Part shown: in pieces, positions 24,001-31,850 of the stretch
Layout: each line of letters opens with the position of its first letter
Numbering within the stretch: position 1 is the stretch's first letter
Origin: a virus
Lineage: Duplodnaviria; Caudoviricetes
IMG/VR virus record: IMGVR_UViG_3300032243_001325
Coordinates: 1 to 42,815 of that record
DNA: 42,815 nt
Reading direction: 5' to 3' (one strand)
Notes under the pieces: model-generated
What the model was told of the DNA's origin: nothing
The model's input: the letters and a program-made list of their open reading frames with translations, nothing else
Database searches by the model: none
Translations under genes and position numbers: made by a program

Positions 24001-26348
24001 TCAAAGTAGTATGAAAGTCCTTGTTCAGTATTACCATCCAGTATCACCACAGTTTGATCAACCAACGCTGTATTGACTGGATTTAGATAAATGATAGGTT
24101 CCGGAATCAATGGTGGAACAGTATCGGGGACAATAAATTCCACTTGGTAAACAGTTCGTCGCACCGCAGGATCGGTGTCTGCAGCAAAAATAACAGTGCT
24201 TCCTTCGACCAGGGTATACCCATCAGTGGTATATCCGGTAGTACCGTTTACATTACTCAACGCATCAGTTTGAGTAAAATCAACAATGTTAACCGGTGGC
24301 AATCCTTGAGTGCCAAAATCAAACAGGCGTGTACCGGCACGGAATTCTAAAATTGGTCTGGCTGCACGGAAATTGTTATCCAATACAGGAGTTGTATTAT
24401 TATACGTGGCCGATGCTGTGATAACATCAATATGGAACCAGCGATTGCTACGAGCCCAAGCATTGAGATCTGGGCTGGCGCGATTCATGGTGAGATAATC
24501 TGGAGTTAATGGTGCATTTAATACGACATCAAAATTAGTTGAATCATACGGCGTAGAGTCGTAAGGGACCACAAAATTATTGGTATAGGTTTCTGGAGTT
24601 ATAAAGTTATCCACCGGCGATAACTGAATAGCTTTGCCAACACCTTCCACATAATATTGATTGTTTTGATAAGCGGCAGGATAAACATTGCCGCGGAACA
24701 CAACTTTCATACCGTTACTGAATATCACCCCATTGGGACTGGTGTAGGTAGGCGATCCAAGGATAGCATCTACATCAATTGTGCCGGACATTTCTGGATC
24801 AACTAACTGTATCCGTCCAAAAATTGTTGGATCTGTGCCGTCTTGATAAAATAATAAATTTTTATCCGACGTCAACAAAGGAATCGCTTCAAAGAAACCA
24901 GCAAGATCTTTGTACCAACTGGTGCTGGCATATTCAGTGCCAAACAACACAGTAAATTTGGTTTCTGTGGGTATTTCAGATATGCTGAGTAGTTGGATAT
25001 ATTCTGTGCCGCCAATTATGTTATACTGTACTATCCAAAGACCATAGCGTACAGCAGGATCAGTAATGGGTGTAGAGGCAAGTGGATCGCCTATGACAGT
25101 CTGTATCCAACCCGAATCAGTTGTTTGAAACACCAAAGTCCTGCCTTGGAGATTTGAAATCCCATCAATGCCACCATAGGTGGCCATAAACGATTCAACA
25201 GTTTGGTTATTGATTTGATCGTATTGTAAATCGGTAATCAGATCTACATTGTTGTTGAAGTAGGGTAAATTGTAATAAAAGTTTTGTGCTGTACTCAATG
25301 GTACATCAAAGGTCACTGTGCCAAGATCTATGCCGTTGTTGATGACGCCATTGATTTCACTAAGGCGACCGCTGATGTTAGGAGTAGCCAAGATGCGTCC
25401 GTCAACTCCAGGGTCTGTTTGTATCCAAAACTTTGATCCTGTGCCGGGGTTGGCATCAACAATGTTAAATTGTCCGCGGAAATTGAATTCTAAATCATTA
25501 CAATAATACAAGGTATCGGGTGCGTCTTGAGGAACTGTAAATGTGATTAGGTTTGTCGAAGCACCGTTGTTGAATACTCCTGCACTCCATAAATTTGTGG
25601 TCCCAAGGCTCAGTTCGGTCTTGATATAAAAGGCCAAAGGAACAGTTTGTACAAGATTAAATGTGTAGGTATTTCCACGTACCAAGGTTAGGGTTGGATT
25701 AGGTTCAAAATTGATATTCCAACTGGTTGCATTATTGGTAACACGATAATTTATAGTTTCGGTTGAATTTTGTGCAATTTGAAATGTATAACTACCCCCA
25801 CGCACAAAAGTCAGAGTTGGGTTGGTGTCAATTTCGTTGCTGAATGTATAAGAGCCATTGGCTTTTGTAACTGTATAATTGGCAGTGAGCGGCGCTGCGA
25901 CTCCTTCGACGTCTACTGCCAAGGGTCCGCCCGGTAACCAATAATACTGTGCATAATTGACAAATTTATCAAAATCAATAAACGGATCCCAGGTATAGTA
26001 ATCACTGGTATACAATCTGTCGGCATTGTTGGTAACAGCACCTTGTAGTTCTAGTGCATTCATGATACCAGGGTAGGTTATAGCGTCTACTACACGATGT
26101 GTGTCAGCTGGATCTGTTTGTACTACACCTGGCTCTAGCTGATAGTCAGTGCGAGATTTGGTAGGCTCAATGACATATTTGTCATTGGCATTGACCCCAG
26201 GGCCAATTCGACGACCAATGAATCCTTGTGTTTGTGTAAACTGTGGATTTTGTATCAGTTGATCCAGTGTGGCCGACAGGAATTGATTGTTGACCGGCGT
26301 CTGTAATATTTCTGGTAGAAAATCTACACTGCGTACTTGTTTGGCCAT
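12096..26348 (-). CDS. Giant virion structural protein (4750 aa), baseplate wedge gp7-like position, with FG-GAP and beta-sandwich repeats
   Basis: Uninterrupted Thr/Asn/Val-rich ORF directly after gp6 (TAATG overlap); YLNEVKPYH motif; seven FG..VGAP repeats; repeated G[DN]G.T..F...V.V..N modules. Confidence 0.85.
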   Translation of the reverse strand: MAKQVRSVDFLPEILQTPVNNQFLSATLDQLIQNPQFTQTQGFIGRRIGPGVNANDKYVIEPTKSRTDYQLEPGVVQTDPADTHRVVDAITYPGIMNALELQGAVTNNADRLYTSDYYTWDPFIDFDKFVNYAQYYWLPGGPLAVDVEGVAAPLTANYTVTKANGSYTFSNEIDTNPTLTFVRGGSYTFQIAQNSTETINYRVTNNATSWNINFEPNPTLTLVRGNTYTFNLVQTVPLAFYIKTELSLGTTNLWSAGVFNNGASTNLITFTVPQDAPDTLYYCNDLEFNFRGQFNIVDANPGTGSKFWIQTDPGVDGRILATPNISGRLSEINGVINNGIDLGTVTFDVPLSTAQNFYYNLPYFNNNVDLITDLQYDQINNQTVESFMATYGGIDGISNLQGRTLVFQTTDSGWIQTVIGDPLASTPITDPAVRYGLWIVQYNIIGGTEYIQLLSISEIPTETKFTVLFGTEYASTSWYKDLAGFFEAIPLLTSDKNLLFYQDGTDPTIFGRIQLVDPEMSGTIDVDAILGSPTYTSPNGVIFSNGMKVVFRGNVYPAAYQNNQYYVEGVGKAIQLSPVDNFITPETYTNNFVVPYDSTPYDSTNFDVVLNAPLTPDYLTMNRASPDLNAWARSNRWFHIDVITASATYNNTTPVLDNNFRAARPILEFRAGTRLFDFGTQGLPPVNIVDFTQTDALSNVNGTTGYTTDGYTLVEGSTVIFAADTDPAVRRTVYQVEFIVPDTVPPLIPEPIIYLNPVNTALVDQTVVILDGNTEQGLSYYFDGVNWIQAQQKISVNQPPLFDIYDSNGISFSNRAVYPSSNFTGSPLFSYAIGNAVPDLILGFPLTYLSLTNIGDIVFDNNFYKDSFTYTINSAGKTQSLSTGFVRQYSNRVTFEREIGWQTAITPSLVRQQFQFTYDGSPLLLDVAVNDNNTVPAIQIFANGKFQESYNYQYTVGTNTTTINLLTTYVPGDLIEVSVLSDQISVQGFYEVPINLENNPLNNNSNQFTLGTIRNHYTTIAENLIGLSGPVIGANNTRDLGNIVPYGLQILQQSSPMTLTGYFMRDANYDIFASLAYNSTEYIKFKSQLLNAVTTFGIADYDNWTVAQLLDASIAQITAGRTNLNPFYWSDMLPTGTVFTSNSYTVSPITTNKFNTVQTYDFTTSNYLGLCVYINNVLLTREYDYVVSTEGPTLTILVALNIGDVVTITEYSDTAGNFVPNTPTKLGLYPKYEPKIFLDTDYVNPTPVIQGHDGSITVAFGDIRDQVLLEFEKRIFSNLKNDGNPPPLVAEDVIPGYFRTTQYTQAEINQILGENFLAWVGANKLDYTTQTYIADNPYTYNYSQAGNRLDQEPLLGAWRGIYRYFYDTMTPNTTPWEMLGFSEQPVWWTDRYGPVPYTSDNLVLWDDLAAGLVADPVAPYVIPKYRRPGLTDVIPVDSQGQLLPPFYSVMGAYNPQGFVKSWTVGDGGPVEASWWTSSSYPFAVMRLLILTRPAEFFSLFADRDLYKYDAELDQYLYNGRYRIQPQNIQVYGNGISKASYINWIVDYNQQLGINSTDALTTDLANLDVRLCYRAAAFVTQQNLAVYLEKGSPQSQNASQLIPPESYNLLLYKNQPFNRINYSAVIVEVVEGGYSVYGYSTTNPYFSILSSKIAGATQTLTGGNISVTVPSQYTDRVVQIPYGYTFTNLTSVVDFLLSYGQYLTSQGLTFTTRENGYTLNWLQMAQEFLYFANQGWATGTIINLNPSATRLISFRAGAVVDSITTYTPENLLLDQNRQALNARNLIIRRSGNTFTLNTTLGGSQTISYLQLKFTDYEDMVVFDNTTIFNDLIYDTVTAERQNRLRLNAATSTQWNGTLNAQGFILNQNNVVAWRPNTKYTKGDIVIYKNNYWQAATIVQPKTTFDYPDWYKSNYARIQQGLLQNLATKADQLANSYDTQTANLNNDNDLLAFGLIGFRPRQYMVDLNLTDTSQVNLYQQFIKTMGTRQATDLFTQVNFNNVVGQYDIYENWGILAGTYGAQANRSWFEVALNEAVLTGNPSTFQIVQPGQTSEADQAILLSNLWAESYAIANTNILPTTYTRNLDTALPSAGYVNINDVDITVFNLNDPSSIAAKLSTVGNGTKIWVAQDNSYDWNIYQCAQVTGRLTQLTDNLNGTSRAQFSTTVDLSVGDLIIVRYFSSAVDGVYRVLSRPSIDTVVIQYAFNNSNQTTITGTGIVFYLQTMRVSQASDVSTLPYVNQLVPGATAWVDDNGSGHWEVLEKTDPFASIGTLEALHPEANSLFGTSLSQSSDHLALLVGAPGAANGAGAVYTYGTNATNRYVENLEILLTTPDTAGYGASVDFGNRTWAVAGASASNSLAGYATVLYLIPGTGNYLQTQLLVAPDQNFGATEFGTSVQISDDEHWMYIGAPGANRVYAYGRVDIPEQSVSYTGNGSTSIFNYSNSIIIDPARPGQLTVTLNNSLQTYGTDYTISATNVLFTTAPAVGTAITILRSTSVQLDSNTYYNVTENSTTGIGAGATFTVVNIRGDYTIILTEPGQSYASGDQLTISYTQVDPAGSAANNITITVTGINVGGEISTFTYTGSGVSNTTTFDLKPYLYTAVDYDSFTVTVNDVLQRPYIDYTYNESAYSNLVTINGNKLITDSGSYLEAVNQLTVGLVFLTVPPAGATILIKSGTGTGSYWQYINSISVSGVDTDARFGTSITTDSTGAQILIGAPYESANNTAGDTVARAGAVYAIDRSVIRYIISDASQLTYDIPGLHTDPVAVVLNNQYLTNTAQYVNGQFTVNGSSIVLSSSLALTVGDTLEIETNQFQFVQKFANNTVTDESKFGQSLDICSNNCSVYVGAPFDSDATGVIQAGMVQRQVNQSRIYGITTTTVANPILIPGDTIRVNNQLVTVPAYPDNTVAGLAEAINSAGIPNAQASTTSDVYLLGDGTTKIFDIGNIYSTASEYITLVYIDNVLQTVNVDYTYNNDTQQIAFVSTPAFDAEIRVVSGRMTVTVINLAAAAEFNKLTVLPGINGTAFADLGFTTYVYTQTITSPVPTDYAHFGESLNVNTGAVNLVVGAPNGNVYEPTTFDAGETYFDEHSTTFFGYTNNSGVVFTYDYLPSADSSISNPGKFVFGQQVYQNDLETGDRFGTAVNYRSGRLLVGAPGAEYGDNNLNYGRVSVLDNASDAAVWQVLYTQQPMVDVNLISSVYSYDKLLNSTQTYFDYIDPLQGKILGVARRNIDYIGAVDPASYNSGAVHNIGTSWGPAHEGEIWWDTNSVRFIDANQDNLIYASRRWGQVFPGSTIDIYQWTASSVPPVNYTGTGIPFSTTSYTVHSSIDDQGLLVTTYYFWVRGINTVATAAGKTLSPTAVASYILNPVNSGLPYIAALSANAVAIYNATTLLSAFDTILHIEYDRQAEGGENDIHTEYAFIADGKAESFLNDNLYRKLLDSFCGVTTTGATVPDTTLSPGMQYGVEFRPRQSMFINRFKALENYLTRANTVLAQYPISETRNFYLLNSSEPIPAANTGAWNYEVATLEILSYQDLALVPIGYRYLVLSDSDQNGRWAIYQVAESTTITGLRVLNLVQVQNYDTPLYWNRINWYLPGYNSSIQPVATVANTAGLQTLSLTTAPVGSSVKVTANGQGKFEIYLRTVAGWDRVGLEDGTIAFSEVLWNYPLGGFGFDAEVFDAQFFDQEPVIETRQILRAINEELFIGDLLIERNRSLMLVFQFIYSEFTSPNWLVKTSYIDVNHVIRGLLPYQLYQPDNQTFVLDYLNEVKPYHVQNLAFNLIYDGLDAYAGDLTDYDVPAYWNTALDIPQFVSPILTPYTYSDSVAQSFASDVSADAQIWLERPWSDWYNNYLLSIQTVTVVNRGSGYTEAPDVVVTGTCVSPAQMTAVINSAGQVTAITIDNPGVGYSTTAIITITGGGGSGAVATAQMGNGLVRSIRTTIKYDRYEYVSTIHEWQANVVYAEGDLVRWKDRAWSSNITQSTATFNVTQWTLVPADSLSGVDRTMGFYTPTANMPGLSLPLLIDGVEYPGVQVVATNYAVPYDSNQLDALYSSEYSDTYLGTRPTDINVDGGGYIDVYSSYAPEELIPGSEFDTLDFRVYTTPGSDWRGLGHGFPTGSRRYVFDPDNPVLNFESILQSPMVVILFNATLGLAIEPLEYNWANYELTVDPAMAVPGDTLVVYVTGTGGGNQLMTGTYLGSEMINGNEIVIPFPTSTSPTPPVDSIYEFVIYNGEIPLEEGTDYTYAAFGDLKTKITFADIYDATNRINLTALGYGYNGTTYSWSLPVFETIQVTDSAQLTYTLTNSLQGTNSVNLIVAVNGQRARPYEGARYVADGSTVTYALPDRGGYSQSLIADNDVQVYLNNQAQILGVDFVVSPYVNSTTPRTITLLGTIPAEGTIILVTVSTASQYSVIGNQLTFLPLNGLSPQLGDIIEIITWNDTAEQGILTQVFVGPTLTVGVVEENVFDTGRPIVDPNRLLVTLNGNWLFNGIDYEVDGSKVVILGPTLPDQSVLAITSLTQSVVPDAMAFRIFQDMRGVQATYRITPSTTTKTTDSVAITDDVISVVNANALQEPDLANNIWGVVTIDAERIMYRVRNTTDNTISGLLRGTAGTAVAEHAAGATVYNMGRGNLLPADYQNYVVSNSTLGDGVTTVFTAQDINTEFEDSTVIEETVEVYVGGIRVTTGYVFTSNNPVAIEFDTAPPEGVEVTILVRRGVTWYEQGVNPPSASNGVPLQETNTPAARFLRGL

Positions 26349-29300
26349 TAAATCACTCCACTACCTGGAGCAGTTTGTAGATTGGTACTGGTCAAGGCCG
26401 TGATAACTTCTACGTCATTGACTGTGGCACCGTTGACAAAAATCTGATTAGGGGCGCATCTGATTTCATACAGGTCGCCAAAACTCTTTTGTGTGTTTAA
26501 GGGAACTAGGACCACACTACTGACCACAGTACCGATGTTTTGATGTATGTAAGCAGACAGTTCACTGAAATAGAAGGTGTCCCCAAAATTCCAATTGGCA
26601 ATGTCAAAATAGGCATTCATACTGGCCACTACCAAATTCTTAATACTGCTAACGCTGGCTGTGCTGTTGGGAGCGCGAATTACTTTGATTGTGGCTCGGA
26701 GAGCTGGATCGGCCTTTTGACCAAACAAGGGCTGGAAGTCCACACTGTTGAGGATCATGTTGTCAGATATCATTTTGTAATTCTGTAGACCTTGATAGGC
26801 TGTGTTTAATTCATCAATGGTAGGCACTGTGGGTTCTACAACAGTACCGGTGGTATCCTGCAACCAGTTGACATAAGATCTATAGTAAGCATTGGTCACC
26901 ACATACACGTCAATGATGTTTGTGCTTCCAGGATCAATTCTACTGGTCAATGGACTGTTGTGACGATATTGGAAATATAAATCTTGGCGACCAATCTTGG
27001 CTTGATAATCATAGCTCACAGTCAATGTAGGATTGTCTAGGCTGTTAACTCCAAGGATGTAAAATGTTCCAGCACTGTAGTCAATGTCTGAGGTAGCATT
27101 TGAAGGATTATAAGCATAAAACACCTGGCCGGTTACATATTGTGTTTGTACTGCCTGTATGTCAGCTAGAGTTGCATAATCACTGTTGACTATGCCAGCT
27201 TCTATCAGCAGATACCGTTGTAAATTATCAAAGTCCACGGTGGCCTGGAAAAACACCAGCTTGTGTTTGGCATCAACTGCGGGCGCCACGATGTCGTTAA
27301 AGAAATCTGGGTTAACTGGTGTAAGTTCGCCTGGTGCCTTGGCGAAACTGACCACAACCTGGAAATCATCTACTAGTCCATCACTCAGGACTGGTTGATC
27401 AATAATGGTCAATATATTATCGGTCCCCATGGGCTGTGCAGAATCAGGCTGACTATTGACTTTCAATACGTTGACATAATCACGTATCACTGTGCCGTTA
27501 CGACTGTCATAGATGGGATCGCTGGTATAAAAGAAAAATCTTGTTTGTAGCACACTGCCAAAATAGTAGTCCAGCGACCTGGATACCACAGTATAAGTCG
27601 ATCCATTGTAGGTGGCCTGAACTAACCAACTGGCATCGCTGTTGGTGCCTGCGGTGCTTTGTGCATTGGCCAAACTGAATGCGGCATCAACATCCAAGTT
27701 ATTAGAAGTAATCACATACCAAGTGGCAGTAAGATTGTTGTAGCCTAGGCCAAAATTTTGATTGAGATAAATTTGTTCAACTACGCTTTGCTGTATACTA
27801 GTAGGAATATCTGTGACAAACAAAGGAATTACTTTTACTGGAATAGCACCTGTGGGTACATAAGTGTTTAATACCACAGGGCCCACGCCCGACGGCAAGT
27901 TGCCCAGGCCTTGTGCTGTGCCGGAAAGATATACAGCAAGTGGGCTGGCCCAGATTGTGAGTTTGTCATCGGCCTTGACAGGAACTCCCACTACCAAATG
28001 ATTTTTACCGTTGAAATAATAGCCCGTGGGCGCTGCAAATTGGACCAGACTGCCTTGTGTAATGTACTTGGCATTAGTGCTGGTGTATGCGCCAATGGGC
28101 ACTGGTTGGCCTGCGGAATTTTGGAAATAGCCAGTGGTTTCATTGGTAATCACTGTGCTTTGATGCCAGGTATAGTTTAGAGTTGTTAAACTGGGTCTAG
28201 GATAATTGGCATAATAAAACTGTTGTAGACCGGCTCTGAGTGCCAAGGGATTGATCTGATTGACCACAACATCCGAAATGTCATTGGTAGTTAACCAACT
28301 AAACTGGAAAGTGTATAGATCATTGGATTCATACAGGGCGCCATCGCTGGCAAAAATATTGGTACTACTGTATTTTCCAGTGCCGTCAACTAGATCAAGA
28401 TAACGGCTGGTACCAATCGACGCACGATTGACCGCTGTACTCTTGAGAATACTGTTGTACTGTGTAAATGGAAAATTGGTATAGTCCTCGCCGTTGACCA
28501 TGCGATTTTGTGTATAGTATTGAGCCGGAGCACGTTGTTTGATCTCTGCGATGGTTTCACGTGCTTGTGCATTGGTCACTGGCTCGGTGATGCCGCAGGT
28601 AAATGTCAGGGTTTCGATCTGTCCAGTACGACTCACATAACTGATAGGCACTGTTACACTTTGCATTTCCACTGGATTGATAATGTAGGTCAGACCATTG
28701 CTGGCGCGAACATAGGCACGGAATGTACCCACAGGTATGGTGCTGAAAATACCATCGCCAAAGTTCATGGTAATCTGATCATTGGTCCTGCTGGCCACGC
28801 TGTAGATATTTCTAGTGCCAGAGGCCAATTGCTCCACGGCTGCCGCATAGACACTTTGTACCTGTTCCCAGTATTGAGAAATATTTCCCAAGTTGTCCAA
28901 CTGATACAGCCAAATGTCAGTGTTGTTGATGCCTTCGATGTTGATGGCCACGGCGCGATTGGTTATGCGCTCGGGCAAGTTGAAATCTTGATTCTGCAGG
29001 ACTCCCTGTTTGAACAGGAAGAAAAAGCCGGTGTTGGCACTGAGATAACCTTGTTGGTCATTGCGGAACAAGATATTGAACTGTCCGTTGGGCAGGGGAG
29101 GTGGTTCGTACACATAGTCTTGGCCTGCTGAAGTGGCATTGACCACTTCAAATGGCATGTTCACTGTGTCAATGGTAGCAGTGTAGGGGATCACTGGCAA
29201 ATAGCCCGGAACCAGATTGATAGTGTACTCCTGTGTGTCCACGCCTAGTATCGTTTGTTTGTTTCCGGGATTACCAAACTTTTGTGTGTTAACCAAGCTG

Positions 29301-29785
29301 GCATTGAGTATGGTAGTAAACTGTTCTTGCCAGTTGAGGTTTGTGGGGTCGGCCCAGTTTACAGTAAGATTGGCCAGATTGATGCCGTTGTAGTCGGTGA
29401 TGTTTTCTGTGGTAGATACAGAAAATACCTTGAGATATCCTTCAGCTTCGGTATTGCGGTTAGGTGTGTAACTGACCAGGTTGGCCAAGCGCACCACACT
29501 GTCTCTACGCTCGGCTGTGTCCAGGTAATTTTCTCTGGTGTTTAAGTCAGTACGGAACGCCAGACTTTGACCCATGAAGGCCATGACATCCAGCAGGGCA
29601 ATGAATTCTGAACTTTCAATGTAGTCATTGAATGTTTCTGGGTAATACAAGCGCAAGTAATCCACAAAACTCTTGCGCAGGGTTTCAAAATCATAGCTTT
29701 GGAAATCAGCTTCTTGATAGGTCTGATAGATGCGTTTCCAATCTTCTACCCCAAAAATTGCTGTTTGTCTTGATGTTGTGGCCAT
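26348..29785 (-). CDS. gp6: Baseplate wedge subunit gp6-like
   Basis: DFETLRKS, LDTAERRDSVVRLANLVSYTP, FGDGIF, ETIAEIKQRAPAQYYTQNRMVNGEDY, FGDTFYFSEL. Confidence 0.88.
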   Translation of the reverse strand: MATTSRQTAIFGVEDWKRIYQTYQEADFQSYDFETLRKSFVDYLRLYYPETFNDYIESSEFIALLDVMAFMGQSLAFRTDLNTRENYLDTAERRDSVVRLANLVSYTPNRNTEAEGYLKVFSVSTTENITDYNGINLANLTVNWADPTNLNWQEQFTTILNASLVNTQKFGNPGNKQTILGVDTQEYTINLVPGYLPVIPYTATIDTVNMPFEVVNATSAGQDYVYEPPPLPNGQFNILFRNDQQGYLSANTGFFFLFKQGVLQNQDFNLPERITNRAVAINIEGINNTDIWLYQLDNLGNISQYWEQVQSVYAAAVEQLASGTRNIYSVASRTNDQITMNFGDGIFSTIPVGTFRAYVRASNGLTYIINPVEMQSVTVPISYVSRTGQIETLTFTCGITEPVTNAQARETIAEIKQRAPAQYYTQNRMVNGEDYTNFPFTQYNSILKSTAVNRASIGTSRYLDLVDGTGKYSSTNIFASDGALYESNDLYTFQFSWLTTNDISDVVVNQINPLALRAGLQQFYYANYPRPSLTTLNYTWHQSTVITNETTGYFQNSAGQPVPIGAYTSTNAKYITQGSLVQFAAPTGYYFNGKNHLVVGVPVKADDKLTIWASPLAVYLSGTAQGLGNLPSGVGPVVLNTYVPTGAIPVKVIPLFVTDIPTSIQQSVVEQIYLNQNFGLGYNNLTATWYVITSNNLDVDAAFSLANAQSTAGTNSDASWLVQATYNGSTYTVVSRSLDYYFGSVLQTRFFFYTSDPIYDSRNGTVIRDYVNVLKVNSQPDSAQPMGTDNILTIIDQPVLSDGLVDDFQVVVSFAKAPGELTPVNPDFFNDIVAPAVDAKHKLVFFQATVDFDNLQRYLLIEAGIVNSDYATLADIQAVQTQYVTGQVFYAYNPSNATSDIDYSAGTFYILGVNSLDNPTLTVSYDYQAKIGRQDLYFQYRHNSPLTSRIDPGSTNIIDVYVVTNAYYRSYVNWLQDTTGTVVEPTVPTIDELNTAYQGLQNYKMISDNMILNSVDFQPLFGQKADPALRATIKVIRAPNSTASVSSIKNLVVASMNAYFDIANWNFGDTFYFSELSAYIHQNIGTVVSSVVLVPLNTQKSFGDLYEIRCAPNQIFVNGATVNDVEVITALTSTNLQTAPGSGVI

Positions 29786-29803
29786 AAATGTTCCCAGTTG
29801 TAA

Positions 29804-29809
29804 TATTTA
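29804..29809 (-). promoter_or_regulatory. Putative late promoter TAAATA
   Basis: CTAAATA 18 nt upstream of the gp6 ATG. Confidence 0.55.
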
Positions 29810-29830
29810 GCTTGTTGATAAACTGGGTAG

Positions 29831-30205
29831 TTAAACGTAGCTGGCTCGGCGCTGTTGTTGATCAAAAAATATGCTCAACTGTTGTGCTGTGGTACTGGGC
29901 ACTACTGCTATACCTAACTGTATTAGAATGCCGTTTTGTTGGGGAAATACCTGTATGCCACTGACAAACACTCTGGGATCGCCACCACACACACGCTGTA
30001 TTTCTGTGTAGATGGCTGCTTGTGTTTCTTGTGTTTGATTTTCAAAAAGATAATTCCAAAGTACAGTGCCGTAACCAGGACGACCCACCAGTTCGCCTTG
30101 ACGTATGTTGAAGGCGTTGAGCAGATCAATTTTGATCAGATCAAAATCCACCACTGTGAATTTTTTATTTTGACGTATAGTATTAAATCCAATGAATGTA
30201 GGCAT
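29831..30205 (-). CDS. gp25: Baseplate wedge subunit gp25-like
   Basis: DLLNAFNIRQGELVGRPGYGT.LW.YLFE...DPRV. Confidence 0.9.
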   Translation of the reverse strand: MPTFIGFNTIRQNKKFTVVDFDLIKIDLLNAFNIRQGELVGRPGYGTVLWNYLFENQTQETQAAIYTEIQRVCGGDPRVFVSGIQVFPQQNGILIQLGIAVVPSTTAQQLSIFFDQQQRRASYV

Positions 30206-30209
30206 GTTG

Positions 30210-30215
30210 TATTTA
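30210..30215 (-). promoter_or_regulatory. Putative late promoter TAAATA
   Basis: GTTAAATA-caac-ATG. Confidence 0.6.
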
Positions 30216-30225
30216 ACCTCAAAAT

Positions 30226-31848
30226 TTATCCAAGGATTCGATTAACTTGCGATGCGCTAAACACCGGAATTCCATTGACAGCTCCTTCGGCTTGAGCCAG
30301 CAAATTATTGGCCTGGCCCTGTGCTTGACCAGCCAATGCTGTGGCCTGCCCTTGAAGACCCTGTAACATGTTTTGTGCTTGGCTGATATCAAGTGCCGCA
30401 CCGATGCTGGCCGATCCCGGAACGTCAGCTCCAAAACTTGGAGTTGGTATCTTGGCACTGCCAAATATTTTTGTAGTGGCCACATCCACAGTGGCACGAT
30501 TTACTGTGTTGGTAAATCCTGCGGCTTTTTGCACTGATGCCACTAGGCTGTCTCCGCCTCCACCAAGTATGCTGTTGATATCTAAATTGCTAAAATCTGG
30601 CAACTTGGCTGTTAGTGCGCTGACATTGGGCAGGTTAGCAGTCAACGAATTCAAGCTGGGCAGATTAGCTGTCAACGCACTGACATTGGGTAAGTTGGCA
30701 GTCAACGCACTGACATTGGGCAGGTTAGAGGTTAGACTGCTGAGATTAATATCACTTAAACTGATATTACTCAAACTACTGGTCAATGTGCTGGCCGCAT
30801 TGGAGGCAAATTGTGAAACCTTGCCTAGATTGTTCATGGCAGTTTGAACTGATGCTATGTTTGGCGTTATGCCCGATGTCAAATCGCCCAGGCTAGGTAC
30901 TCCCGGCAGTGCGGGCAATCCTGCTTGTCCAGCTATACTGGTCAAGTTGGAAGTGATCGAATTCAAATTGGGCAATCCACTGGCCCACTGTGCTGTGAGT
31001 TCTGTGCCAAAGCGACTGGCATTTGTGACCAACGAAGCCACTTGACTGTTTACACTGTTGGTCAATGTGGCTGTGGCTGTGGTCAGGGCCTGGTTGGCAC
31101 CAGTATAGACCTGTCCAACCACAGCCGACACAGACTGTGCAGCAGGAGTTGTGATTACCCCAGCGGCTTGCAAACTGTCATATCCGTTGGACATCAATGT
31201 GGCCTGTGCTGTGTTCTGTGCATTAAGATTATTAAGAAAATCCTGAGCTGTGTTGATTCCGCCGCGTCCGGTCCATATACCCGGAGCACCAAGCACATCC
31301 GTCAACGGTGCTGGATCAAATATAAACTGTTGCCAGGTGCCAGGTTTTACATATCCGGCCATTTCTAGTTGTTGACAACTGAGTCCGTATTGCCCAACAC
31401 CTTTTTCATTGGTCATTACTGTGGCTGGTTGATCTACACTATTGGCCACTTGTGCCATGAGTGCCTGCACCTGACTGGACGAAAGCGAACCAATCGCCGG
31501 TGCTGTAAATCCTGTGCCTGTGATTGCAGCTATGTTGGCTTGGGTCACAGGATTGTCCAGCGGTGTATTGACCAATGACGGAATCCCAGCTACAGTAGGT
31601 AGGCCAGCAATGATAGACAAGATTACAGTGTCATCAACTCCAGCAGTGCCGCGATCCAGTCTACTTAGCTCAAACTTGGCCAAGGCGGATGTGGTTCCTG
31701 TAACACTTTGTCCTGGCTCAAAGCCCACTAAGGCACCGGCAGCCACCTGACTATAAAAGATATAATCAGCCTGTGCTTGCGTAGTGCCAGCAGGTGCCTG
31801 CATGGTAAAAGTTGCGCCAGACGGAAGGGTATAGTTAAATTGCGCCAT
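30226..31848 (-). CDS. Baseplate-associated protein with lysozyme-like segment and low-complexity repeats (540 aa)
   Basis: Between gp5 and gp25; GVGQYGL...LEMAGYVKPG...WTG...DFLNN..AQ segment; LPNVSALTAN repeats. Confidence 0.7.
   Translation of the reverse strand: MAQFNYTLPSGATFTMQAPAGTTQAQADYIFYSQVAAGALVGFEPGQSVTGTTSALAKFELSRLDRGTAGVDDTVILSIIAGLPTVAGIPSLVNTPLDNPVTQANIAAITGTGFTAPAIGSLSSSQVQALMAQVANSVDQPATVMTNEKGVGQYGLSCQQLEMAGYVKPGTWQQFIFDPAPLTDVLGAPGIWTGRGGINTAQDFLNNLNAQNTAQATLMSNGYDSLQAAGVITTPAAQSVSAVVGQVYTGANQALTTATATLTNSVNSQVASLVTNASRFGTELTAQWASGLPNLNSITSNLTSIAGQAGLPALPGVPSLGDLTSGITPNIASVQTAMNNLGKVSQFASNAASTLTSSLSNISLSDINLSSLTSNLPNVSALTANLPNVSALTANLPSLNSLTANLPNVSALTAKLPDFSNLDINSILGGGGDSLVASVQKAAGFTNTVNRATVDVATTKIFGSAKIPTPSFGADVPGSASIGAALDISQAQNMLQGLQGQATALAGQAQGQANNLLAQAEGAVNGIPVFSASQVNRILG
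30598..30745 (-). repeat. 30-bp in-frame tandem repeats (LPNVSALTAN, about 4-5 copies)
   Basis: Plus-strand units such as gtcaacgcactgacattggg repeat with 30-nt periodicity. Confidence 0.85.
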
Positions 31849-31850
31849 GT

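Noticed and set aside
12096-26348. Intein or intron in the giant gene
   Set aside because: The frame is continuous, with no recognisable intein C1/HN motifs or LAGLIDADG/HNH block.
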